From NCBI GenBank assembly GCA_050273025.1, contig CP158636.1:12152001-12216000 (forward strand): a stretch of DNA of 64,000 nt, written 5' to 3'. Both the position numbers and the translations under genes were made by a program. Positions 14,201 to 25,963 of this stretch are shown piece after piece (within the stretch, counting starts at the first letter, position 1; each line of letters starts with the position of its first letter). The notes under the pieces were generated by a model. That model made no database searches. It worked only from the letters and a program-made list of their open reading frames with translations, and was not told where the DNA came from. This DNA comes from Cenococcum geophilum. Lineage: Eukaryota.

Positions 14201-17030
14201 TACTTTAAGAATAAGCTAGAATATAAGAAGTATATCTATAAAGTCTTATAACGGCTCTATAAGGCTAGCCTCTAAGTTAATATTAAGAAGTTAAAGTTTA
14301 GTATTAAGTATATAAAGTACTTAGGTTTTATTATTAATATAGACGGAATTAAAGCTAACCTAAAGAAAATAGCCGTAATTAATTAATAGGTACCCCTATA
14401 GACCGTAAAGGGGGTATAATTATTTTTAAGTTTTTATAACTTCTACTAACGCTTTATTAAGAACTATAGCAGAATTACCTAGCCTCTTAACCGTCTTACT
14501 AGAAAAGACTAGCCCTTTTACTTTAATACTATATATAGGCAGGCCTTTAATAAGCTTAAAAAACGGCTAGTATTAGCTCCTTTATTTGCCTATTTTAACC
14601 TAAAATAGCCCTTAATACTAAAAACTAATACCTTAGATAGCGTAATAGCTAGTGTTTTTTCCTAGAAGTAACCGGACAGAGAATAGCACCCTATTATATA
14701 CTATTTAAAGACTATAATAGATACTAAGTTAAACTACTACATCCATAATAAAGAAATACTGGCTATTATCTCTAGCTTTTAGCACTAGCGTATATAGCTA
14801 GAGGGGACCCCTAAGCTAATTAAGGTAGTTTTAGATTATAAGGCCCTAGAATACTTTATAATAACTAAGGCCCTTACGGCCCGGTAGGCACGCTAAGCAG
14901 ATACCCTATCTTAGTTTAACTTCTTAATTATATATAAACTAGGCGCTATAAACCGTGTAGATGCTCTTATAAGGCGTAAATAAGACCTAGATAACTAGAC
15001 AGCTATAAAGATCTTATTATAGACCTAGACGCTACTATAACCAAAACACCTTAATCCCTAGATATAGGCAGAACTAAGCACGGACTCCTTAGACGCCAAA
15101 ATATATCCTATTAACTCCTTTAAACTTAACCTTATTAATAAACTACTATAGGCCAACTATAGGAGTACCGCGAAAAGATAAAGAACGTTACTAGCCTATA
15201 GTCCCTTAAGAACGGACTACTTAAGCACTAGGAACGGCTAGTAGTAGCTAAGAAATAAACCTTACGGACCTAGCTTATTACCGAAGCTTATACCTAGGCC
15301 TCTACGGCCTACCCTAGAAAAATAAGACCCGTAAGATTATTAGTAACCACTACTACTAGCCTAAAATAGTTATAGATATTAACCGCTATATACGGAACTG
15401 TAATAACTGCCGTAAATCTATAATTCTATAAGATAAGACCCTAGGACTATTAAAGCCGCTCTCAATACTAGAACGCCCCTAGTAGTATATCTTTATAGAC
15501 TTTTATAAACTACCTACGGACCGTATTAGATATAATATAGTTATAATCCTAGTTAACCGCTTTAGCAAGCGCCTATTCTTAATCCCCTATTATAAGAATA
15601 TTAATGCTAAAGAGGCGGCCCAACTATATATTTACTACATCTATTAAATTTACGGACTACTAAATACTATTATATCTAATTATAGGCTGTAATTTATATT
15701 AGCTTTCTGGAATAGTTTTACCTAGATTTTAGGTATTAAGCTAAAGCTTTCTATAGCATACTACCCCCAGATAAATAGTTAGACGGAAATTATAAATTAA
15801 TACTTAGACTAGAGACTTTAGCCCTTTATTAACTACTTTTAAGATAACTAGGCTAAACTGCTACCCTTAATAGACTATACCCAAGCAACCCTACCCTACA
15901 ATTCTATAGGATTTGCCCCTATTTAACTAAAAATAGGTTACTAACCCTGTATAAGCTTTAACTAGGAAAGACTAAAAGGACCTCAGACTATATACAAAAA
16001 ACTATCTTATAAGGAAGTATAGTAGTATACTAAGCGCTTAGAAGAAGCCTAAATAGTAGCCTATATAAATCTAGAAAAGGCCTAGAAATTAATATAATAG
16101 TAGGCGAATAAGTATAGGCGAGAGCCTAACTTTACTATAGGAAATATAGTCTAAGTTATAATAAAGAACTAAAAGATAGAACGACCTAGCCATAAGCTAA
16201 ACTATTAGATAATAGGACCGTATAAGGTCCTTAAGAAGATAGGCAACTTATATAAAGTAAAGCTCCTAGATTTAATTAAGGTTTACCCTATTTTCTCTCT
16301 AAATAAACTATAAAAAGCTATAAATAACCTATTACCTAGATAAAAGAATAAACCTCCCCTACTAATCTAAGTTAATAGCAATAATAAATAGGAAATTAAA
16401 GAAATACTAGCCTATAAGCTTATAAGGGGAATATTAAAATATTATATTAGTTAGAAAGGATATAACCTAACCCTACTTAGTACCCTATATAGAACTTTAT
16501 AGGTAGTCCCTCTAAGCTTTAGGAGTTTTATAGCTATTACCCTAATAAACCTAAACCCCTAAAGTACCTTAATAAGTAAATAGAGTACTAGAATAGTAAA
16601 GATAATAAGCTACCTATTAAGTATAAAGATAAGAATACCTTATAGATATAATATGGATATATAAAGCCTAAAGGCAGGCTTTTTTTAGAGGGGGGGGGGG
16701 ATATTACGGCGTTAGTAAAAACTAATAGACATTAGTAAAAACTTATAGAATATAGCTAATAGATATTAATAGATTATAGTAAATAGTTATAGATAGTCGC
16801 AGATAGTCGTAGATAGTCGTAGACAGTTTTATATAGTTTTAAATAATTGCCGTTATATAACTAAAAGATTGTATATAACGTTAAGCGGCGCTACCCTTTA
16901 TCTCCTTTCCTTTATTTAGCTTTAGATTCTTGTTTATAGACAATCTAATCATATAGGCTTGCGCGACCTTTTTACTATGCTCGTGCCTCGGTTAACTAAG
17001 TCGCTAACAATACGTATATAAGCTATTTCA
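5277..17030 (+). mobile_element. Ty3/Gypsy (chromovirus-like) LTR retrotransposon, RIP-degraded; interrupted by the Copia on the left and by a second Gypsy at 7677-13857
   Basis: gag/protease relics at 5277-7676. The RT reading LFVKK|PNGGLRFCIDY-like resumes at 13863 after the nested element, followed by RNase H, integrase and a chromodomain relic (~16385-16550). Poly-G PPT at ~16688-16700; 3' LTR starts at 16702 and its right end is approximate. Confidence 0.8.
7677..13857 (+). mobile_element. Full-length Ty3/Gypsy chromovirus, RIP-degraded, nested in the RT of another Gypsy
   Basis: LTRs at 7677-7887 and 13653-13857 (TGTAAC...GTTACA). 5-bp TSD AAAAG at 7672-7676 and 13858-13862. YLDD motif (tacctagacgac ~10843), PPT before the 3' LTR, chromodomain relic ~13070-13220. 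Confidence 0.92.
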
Positions 17031-17183
17031 CTATTACTTCCTTATAAAAACTAATTATATAGCCATAGAAAGGTAATTAAGACGTTAATTAAAGACGTAT
17101 ATAGGTTAAATTATACCTAAATAATATTATAATATTAATAAATAACGTTATAGACATTTTTAATAATTATATAATAGCTATAT

Positions 17184-17485
17184 GTTATGTTATGATATTC
17201 AATTACGCTGTTGCGGCTCCCGTTAGGGTCCATGCAGCGGGTCTATATGGGTATATATATATATATGTATAAGAGGGGAACCGTACCACTAGGGCCGGAT
17301 AAAACCTCTCCTTCTCTTATTATACGGCCTATATGGCTTGTTATGCGGCCTATATAGCCTCTCTTCTAATTAGCGACTGCCAAGCACGAGTAGACGTCTC
17401 TTTGAGGCGCTACAGAAAAGCCATCTTAATGCGTACTCCTAGGTCTATCCGGTGGGGTGTATAGCTAGGGCCTGGGTTCCGTTCC
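17184..17485 (-). mobile_element. 5'-truncated copy of a non-coding SINE-like retroposon (3' end of the 30522-31696 element)
   Basis: Reverse-complement match to ~31395-31696. (ATAAC)n tail. 12-bp TSD TAATAGCTATAT at 17172-17183 and 17486-17497. Confidence 0.85.
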
Positions 17486-17499
17486 TAATAGCTATATAT

Positions 17500-19130
17500 A
17501 CTATTATAAAGTGTCTCTTTTATTTACTAAGTAGTAAAGCTATACTAACTATATAGTATAGGACTGCTAGATTTAAAAGTATATATACTAAATCTTAGAA
17601 GATAAGTCTCTTTAACTAACTAATTAACACCTTAACTATATCTAATAGCCTAAGGGTAAATATAGGAGTAATATATTAGTAACGTAGGGGATTATAAAAA
17701 AGGATTATAAGAAAGAATTAGACTATATTTTAATAGTTAAAGATATAGCAAGCTAAGGCTTTATATATTAAATCCTATACTAAAAGGTTCTATAGAACTA
17801 TACTAGAACACTAAGTTACTTATAATACTTATAATTAATTATAGACTAGTATAAAGGCTTAAAAGTAAAGTTATATAAAAATCCTTAAGTTAACCTAGGT
17901 AGTTACTAATACACTTTTAGTAAGCTTTTAATAGGGTTTTTAGCAATCCTTATATCTTTTCTTTAGTTATATATTTTTCTTATTAAGGGTTTTAGGAGTT
18001 TAAAGTAGGGGTTAGATAGATAGATAATATATAGTAATATACTAATACCCCTCTAACCCCCTTTTAGGATAAGCCCTTATAATCCCCCTCTATTATAAGG
18101 TAATAGCGATTAGGGGCCAACTATAAAAAAGGGGGGGGTAATATAAGGGATATTATTGCAGTTACCTTAGGTTGCCCTTAAAACAACCCCTAAAACGCCC
18201 CTTAGATAGTTGCCGATTATATACTAAAAGCATATACCTGCAGTATATAGTCTCTACAATCCTAAAGGCCTTATCTCCTTAAGAATTTATCTCCTCTACA
18301 ATCTATCTGTTCCTATAATTGTGCCTTATAGCCCTCTATTTATAAAGTCCCCTTAAACTAAAGTCTAAAATATAATAGTATTAATAGACGATCTAAACAA
18401 TATAAGAGAGTTAATTAAGTAAGCTATTAAGATAAATAACTAGCTATACTAAAGCGAGAGGTTAAGTAAAGGATAATAGGGACTAATGTATACAAGAAAG
18501 GTATAATAATAAGTATCTAAGCTATAGTATAGCGCTGAGCTAATAGACCTTAGCGAAACGTAAAAGTTAAAAAGAAAATTATAGAAACCTAGAGGTTAAA
18601 GATTAAGTAATTAAAGGACTAAGAAGCAGAGGCTAAACTAGGGATCTTAGTAATAAAAGACGTTTAGGCGGGCTCTATAGTAAGATAAGTAGTATAAGGA
18701 AGAAGCTTATATAAATTATAGAAAATAAGGATATTATGGTAAAGACTATAGAAGCGGTTAGAATACAAGGTAGTTAAAGATACTAACGCGTAAGACGATG
18801 CTAGCGTCTTAAGGGGTGCGAGGCAGAACAGTATTGATGCGGTTAGAAGGTCAACACTACGCCAAGACTTGTAATAGACGTATATTGAGAGTAAGGCGAT
18901 AGGAGGGACAGTAGGGAATGATTTCGGCGTCGTTAAATAGGTCCTTCTGTTGACCGGACAATTTAGAATAAGAACTCTGTCTATTTAAGCTGGCCCTAGG
19001 CGCCCTTTATATATAAGGTAGGTGCAGGCCACAAAGGAGGGTAGTAAGCAATAGGGTTATAGGCAATAGGGTAATAAGATATAGGGTAGAAGGCAGGGTA
19101 AGCAAATCCGATCTTGGTCGACACCTTCTG
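17500..19130. mobile_element. Unclassified RIP-degraded repeat relic
   Basis: AT-rich, TpA-enriched, no open frames. I could not assign a family. Confidence 0.4.
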
Positions 19131-19475
19131 CATCGACTCTATGCCAAGACTCGTAATAGTTGCTAACTACTACACCAGTTGAATTCAGTTGCAATAAGTG
19201 CCAAGACCTCGATATTAATTCAATCAATTCAATTAACTGGACTCTCTGTTTACAAAGTTTTCAATTCAACCGATTTAAGGCCTTAATCGGATTGAGTTGA
19301 CTGATTTGCAACCCTGTATCCGAGCATATAACAGTACATAACATAATCCTTGCCACAAACAACGTTGCTATAAATCTTGGCAATAAAGTGTGCCACTTTA
19401 AAATAGCGCTTAGCAATGGCTAGACGCACTAGATAAAGAGCACTTACATAACTGCAGATATGACATCTACAAGTC

Positions 19476-19682
19476 CTATTCATTTGCAGCGGAGTTTTCC
19501 TCAGCGTTAACGTAATCCTATATGATTATCAATTTTATATCCATATACAGCCATCAGCCGTCTTGTAATATCGGTATTAAGTTAATACTCACGTCAAAAT
19601 AGTAACTGTATCCCGGTGCCGGTGCTGCATTCACAGCAAGGGCCATCGCAAAAACTGCCATAACAAAGCTAAGAACCTTCAT
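19476..19682 (-). CDS. Small secreted Tyr-rich peptide, 43 aa (MKVLSFVMAVFAMALAVNAAPAPGYSYYFDDYVNAEENSAANE); candidate RiPP precursor
   Basis: Exon 1 19682-19593 (30 codons; signal-peptide-like, ending AVNA). Phase-0 intron 19592-19518 (GTGAGT...CTGAT...TAG; this TAG is the first AG after the putative branch site). Exon 2 19517-19476, ending TAG. TATA box ~125 bp upstream. Absent from the ORF track because it is short and spliced. Confidence 0.75.
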
Positions 19683-19806
19683 TTTGAGATGGAGATCTAA
19701 CGGATCCTTTGGTGTAAGAGAAGCTCAAAATGATAGTAAGACGATGACTGTCAATAAAGATGAATATAGGTTGAAGGAATAACTTCACTCGGCGTGGGCA
19801 TTCTTA

Positions 19807-19814
19807 TATTTATA
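19807..19814 (-). promoter_or_regulatory. Putative TATA box of the secreted peptide gene
   Basis: TATAAATA on the minus strand ~125 bp upstream of the ATG at 19682, followed by a pyrimidine-rich leader. Confidence 0.5.
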
Positions 19815-20689
19815 TGCCCACTTCCTAATACTATTTTATAATCTCTTCCCTAGCCGTCAAATTTAAACGTTTGTCATATGACCTTAGCTCTCCCCATCGG
19901 CCGAATCTTCTTCTAGCCTAAAAGTACGGCTACGAGCTGAAGCTGTGCGCTTTCCCATGTAAAGCGACTGTCGTTTTAGAGCGCAAATTTTGTAAGACAT
20001 AGTGCCAAGAAGTATAGCGCTCTTTGCATAGACTAAATAATAGATCATAGGGCAGTACTACTTTTTAGCGCAATGCGCTGCAAACTAATACTTAGTGTCA
20101 AGAAAGACCGAGTATGAGATTGATTGATAATGACGTAGAGATTACAGGTATTCCCGCTCTCAATACACAGTAGCGTCACTACGTGTCTCTGCCCAATTCC
20201 TTTCTGTTCTATCCCTTGCATAGATGAGGTAGTATTTTTATGGCCCGTGCGCGACATTAAGAATACAACACTCTCGCATAGAAGTGACGTAAGGGTGTCG
20301 ACACTGTCGAATACCACTATGCAAGGATGGCCCGTATTGGCAGGAGCATGTCGGTCGACTTAACGCCCTCGAATGAGGCCCTATATATAATCTACAACAA
20401 AATACAGTATATTCGTGGCTTTATTCAAAATCTCATTAGTTTGGCGGAACAACTTCTTGATTAGTGCGCACGGAGCACATTTTATAGAGCGTATCTATCC
20501 ATGTGAAGGATAACACTTAGTACAAGCCACGGCGCTCTTAGGTATTATATAGTATATAAATAAATAAGAAATAGAATATGAAGCAGCAGATCTAACCAGC
20601 CCTATTGCAAGGATCTAGTGATCTATTTAACACTCGCGCCAATTGGATCTAAAATGGCAGGCTAGTAACTATTATTTTTATTTAGGTAT

Positions 20690-22030
20690 AGTGCATTGGA
20701 ATAAATTTAACCTTAGATCCACGCGACGCTAGTTTAATGGATTACCATAAGGATCCTATATCTAGCGTACTTAAAACGTTCTGCTATTATGTCTAGGCCT
20801 AATATAAAATAGATATAGTACCCGTTAGATTCTAATAACTTTATTCCCTATTTCCGACTATAATAACGCTATAGTAATTAAATGCAGCCAAATCAGTATA
20901 TAGATTATTTAATTATAGTTAATACTTTATCTGCTAGCTATATACATTTCTTACTACCTTTAGCCTTCGTTTTATACTGTATAAGGCCTTAATTAAGGGC
21001 CATCTATACCTCTTTATATGCTTTAATTAAACTCTCTAAATCCTTCCTACTTTACCTTATCTATTTAAGCTTTAGATAAAGCTTAAGAGCCTTATTTTTT
21101 AGTACTTACTAAAGGTATTTAATTAGGTAAGTATAGAGGGAATTTTAGTATTTAAATACTATATGTTTCTAACTATTCCTTTATAAATTAGAGCGTTATT
21201 TATTTAGTATATATTTAAAGGCTTATAGATTAGTATAAGGCTTTCTTCTAAGGCCTAGACCTAGCTTTAGGTACTATAGCCTTACTTTCGTGCCAAAGCG
21301 TCCCTTTCTATAGCAATTAACTTTAAATAGCCGTTATATCTAAAAATGGCGTAGATTATCTATATAAGATTCTTTTTATTAAATACCTCTTTAATAAAAT
21401 TATAATTTAACTTTTATAAAGACGTATAGAAGACCTAAATAGGCTTCTTTCTAGAGTTATATTTATAGAAATACTTATTAGAAAACTTAATATCTTTCTA
21501 AGAGAATCTCTTATACTTTTAAGCCTAATAAAGTCTTAATTAAGCTACTGCTAGCGTTAGCTTTAGTCTCTTCTTAGCGCGCTAGTTTGCAATATAGTAT
21601 TTTTTTAAAAGAGATATTATAAAGTTTTATGCTTAACGGTAACCCCTATAACTTAGTACTTAAAAGCTATATAGTTAATTTAAGGGTTTCTATATATAAT
21701 TTAAATAGGCAGATACTTTTAGTATTAATTAAGCTTTTTGGACGCTCTAGGCCTTAGTAGAGAGTTGAGCGTATAGTACCTATTCTATTGATCGATTGTA
21801 TTATAAATAACGCGACGACTAACGCAATATCTAGCCGCGATTTTAGTCTTCTCTTCCCCTGCCTCTACTACACTAAGGATTCCAGCTCTTTGTATATTTA
21901 AGAGCTCTGCTCCAGGCCTGTAATTTCCACTAATTTCTGTGCCAAACGAGCGTTGCATTGTGGTGTGGTGGGTAATTGAATTTGGTGACAATATTGTCGC
22001 GTGTGAACAGACCAATGTCTTGCCACTGTA
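20690..22030 (-). mobile_element. Tc1/mariner-like DNA transposon relic, RIP-degraded
   Basis: Transposase N-terminus MQRSFGTEISGN... with HTH-like segment from ATG 21958. Degenerate PPYSPDLNPIE-like motif ~21110-21145. TA-CAGTG-type end at ~22030. The left boundary is approximate. Confidence 0.7.
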
Positions 22031-22857
22031 ATGATCCGAAACTATTAATCTTATGATGAGGGTTTTATTCAGCCTACCCAATATATAATTTCACCTACCT
22101 AGACTGCGAAAAAGCCTCCCCAAAAGCCTTGGGATTTGCCTGATTCAAACCACTTAAAATTATCGATCCGATGCCTAATTTGAACGATCTTATTGGTCAA
22201 TTAGGCGAGAGGACGCATGTCAAGGGATATAGTCATTTTCTAAATTGTCTCACATTTTATCACTCTGTTTCTAGCTATGATATCCCCGTTTAGCCTGTGA
22301 GCTAAGTACATTACCAAGGTACAGAGACTACAACCTAGATGCTGGTGGTTCTGCCACCTGTCTTCGGAAGAAATGGCTCAGCGGATTTAAGGAGCGGCGT
22401 TAGCCTATTAGTATGCATAACTTTACGTCATTAGTAGTCTGAAGAAGGCTCTTAGCAACCAGAGTTGATAACAAGCAAGCAAGCAGGTTGGAAGGCCGTG
22501 CGCAAAACCGTGTACAGGTTGACATGAGCACCTTGCACGAGACCACAGACCATATTAATGGCCTTGCACTTGTGTTTTTACCAGTGTATAGCGCTTGCAC
22601 GGCTTTGCGCACAGTCCCAAACCAGCTTAGCTTGCTTATTATCAACTCTGTTAGCAACTAAAACCAGCCCACCGTTGCAGAGGGATGAGGCGATACGGGG
22701 TGCCTAAGAGTTCACATGATGCATTCGCGTTTCCTTTATTTTCCGTTCCTCCTCCGGAATTTCTCCTGTGATGTTAGTTAAACCCGTGCACAGGCGTCTC
22801 AATTACACGATCTTCGCAACTCCCACAACAGATAAATCGTCCTCAACGTGATAAGAT

Positions 22858-23848
22858 ATGATCCCTAACAAGTTCTATAAGAGGCTCCTGCCTTTGGATG
22901 TTTCTACTGACGGCGGAGGGGAGGAAGGTCAAGACTTTCCTCTAATTAAACAAACCGACATCAATCACAGTCGCGAGAAGCACTGTTGCAGATGGTCTCG
23001 TTACCTATCTGCTTCGTTAACTATAATGGGAGCTTTCCTGCTTATTACGGCTTACACCATCGTAAAACCTACTGACCTTAGTTGTGCAAGGCAACTATCC
23101 ACGTATTGTGAGCGGACACTTCAACTTTCAGAATTATGTCCGTTATTGTGAAATGCTAACCTCTATGGCCTGGTTTTTTTTAAATAGCCCCAATGGTAGA
23201 GGCTGTCGAGTACTACGACCTGGATTGGGACAATGACTTTTGGAAAACGTCCCTTTATATGGGAAAACCGACTGCTGAAGGAGACGAGGCGTGGGATAAT
23301 CTCTGGAACAGTAAGTTATCTAGTTCCTTGAGACTTGGGTTAACTTGCATAATAACTATAGTTGGCGAAATAAATATCCCTTTCGACGTGTTGCATCTAC
23401 TCAACAAGACTTTAGATGATATGTGGAAGTTGACACCTCCACAGTATGGAAGAGGGGTTGTAGCCAATTTCGAAGTTTTCCATCAGTTGCATTGTTTGGT
23501 ATACCCGCTGCATTCCCCTTTGATATATAAGTTGCCTTTGCTAACCAGTACAATCTTAAACAGAACAAGATTCGACAGTACACTTATCTAGACTCCTACG
23601 AAACCCCACCAGAGCACTTCCGGGGAACTCCTCAGATGGCTCGAACACACGTTGATCACTGCATCGAGAGCTTGAGAATTGCTATCATGTGCCATGGCGA
23701 TGTTACCCCGCTCTTGATTCGACATGACCCTTCAAATCCACTAGGCGATGTGGCGGATTTCTCGAACCATCACAAGTGCCGTAGATTTGATAAATTGGTA
23801 GATTGGATGAAAGACCATGCCATGAGTTGTGATGGGAAAGCGTGTTGA
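22858..23848 (+). CDS. DUF3328 / UstYa-family oxidase (peptide cyclase type), ~264 aa, with N-terminal membrane anchor
   Basis: Exons 22858-23107, 23188-23310, 23362-23498 and 23564-23848 (795 nt, in frame, GT-AG introns). Single hydrophobic helix, YSPMVEAVEY, and the two hallmark HxxHC motifs: FHQLHCLN and HVDHCIESLRIAIMCHGD, followed by HKCRRFD. Confidence 0.93.
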
Positions 23849-25963
23849 CATTGCAGCACTGAAGACTAGAGAAGAGCTTAGGCCACAATGAGTCCACGTG
23901 CAGAACTCCGCTTATTGAGGTCTAAGAGGCGGTATAATACCGGTGCGATCTCAGTCAGGGGTTCCAGTTATATATTTGCTGGTGTCGGAGGACGGCCTTT
24001 GGGCCGCCACTGCCTGTTTCGACTTGGCACCGTCTATGCATCATATCGTGTCTCAATAGCTCTCTCAATCAATCAACCAACCATCACATGAGTCTCACTT
24101 TCCACAGCTGGTAGTCCTAGGACGGTTTCTCTATCGCACCTTCATCTTCTGCTGCTCGTCCTCAACCTCTACCTCAGCCGACCTTATACGGCGTATGGTC
24201 CGTTGCAAAATTCGCTCATGCCTTCGCCCAATGCGCCTCTTTCGGAACCAGTAGTTTGGCTGCCTTTGCAACGCGTTCAATCGACCTGTGCAGATTTAGA
24301 CGTGCCTGCATTCGCCGACTTATGCAACAGATCGTCGACGAAGGTTAGGCGCAGATAACCCAATTTAGTACTAGCATAGTATAAAGTGTAGCATTGGTTC
24401 TTTCGCGATTGGTTTACATTATCGTTGAAGCCATTTGTTGAAAGAAAGAGACGTCATTGTATATAGTATGAATACAATGAATCACAGTTGCAATGGCACA
24501 CAGTGTGTCCAACAGTCAGTCTCCAGCGAGCTTTAAGGCCCTATAGCTGACTGACTGCGGCCAACCAGATCGCTCGCTGTCCGCTGCATCAAAATAAGGT
24601 ACGCTGACTGTTCCGCTGTCAGCTCGCTTTCCTAATTAGACAATTAGTATAGATTTAATAGTATTTTATTCCAGATTTTTGGCAGCACCTCTATATATAT
24701 AAATATTAACGTTGCCCAATTAAAAATCTACCTTAATTTACCTAATATAGTATTTAAATGTAGCTAAAATCGTCCTATACGCCCGCAGAGGCCTAAAAAA
24801 GGTAGGAAGGTAGTAAGTAGTAAGGCTCCGAAGGCTCTATTTTAGTATTAGATTTTAATTAAATATAAAGCTTTAGTAAATATAGCTTACCAAGCCGGCT
24901 CTCCTACCTCTACATTTAGCTTATAGCTAGTAAGATTAACGTTTAAGCTCGTTAACTAGGGTATAGTTAACGCTCTATTAGTGCTAATACAGTTAATTAA
25001 ACTACTTAATAAAAGGCCCTTAATTAGCTACCATTTCTAGCACTAATCCGCTTTAATAGTGTCGGCTAATAGTTAATTACGCTTATTAGTAATAATCTTT
25101 TTAGCTTAACTAAAGACTTATTTATATATAAAGCTTATAGCTAGTATAGAGAATATATTAAGAGCGATCTTAGTAAGCGTTGGATAGAGGACTTAACTAA
25201 TATTAAGCCACTAGGTAAGAGGATTAGGAACAACATTATTTACCTTATTATTATTATTAGTATAAATCTTAATAAACTTAAGGCCTACGTTATAGTAGCG
25301 ATTAAGCTTACTAGCGAGCTTAATCCGCTTTTAATTGCGTATAGAAGTAAGGCTTTTATTAATAACTAACAACTGCGCATATTTATTAGCTAAATTATTA
25401 TTAGATTTATAAGGAACCTTTCTACGTTACGGCTTAACTAGTTACTTATCTTCCTTATCTTCTTAATTATTAATAAAGTTAGTAAATATAGTTTCCATAT
25501 ACTACTTAGCGTACTTCTACTATTAAGTCTACCGTTTCTATTTATTATAAAAGTAGGCTCGTTTAAGCAATAGATAGAGAATTACTATAGTAAAGTAGTA
25601 AGGCTCTCGTCCTTTATTTTATTAAAATATTTATTAATCTTTTAAAAAGCTATATTAACGCCCAATTTAAGGAAAGAGTTACTTTTATTTTTAAGGCTTT
25701 GCTAAATTTGCTAGAGGATTTAATAAAGGAGTTCTATATTAGTAATTAACTCCTATAAAGCGCTATATAAGCCTTTAATACTAGGACTATTAACGTCGCC
25801 TTTTATCCGCTTAGAAGCTAATATAAAAGGCTTTAGGATTTTAATAAGCCGCTCTACCTACTGCTAATTATTATTAGTAAGTACGTCTTATAATAGATTG
25901 TAGCTATTATTAGCTGGCTTCCTCTAAGTAAGTAAATATTTATTAATTGCCTTATAAAGAAGT

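Noticed and set aside
19283..19483. 66-aa minus-strand Cys-containing ORF from the ORF track
   Set aside because: Starts within the last codons of the peptide gene in another frame, spans a probable intron and has no signal peptide; most likely 3' UTR.
24090..24350. Coding-like minus-strand stretch (RIGRRHERILQRTIRR...EVEDEQQK) downstream of the DUF3328 gene
   Set aside because: Interrupted by a stop, with no start or family motif; cannot be supported as a third cluster gene.
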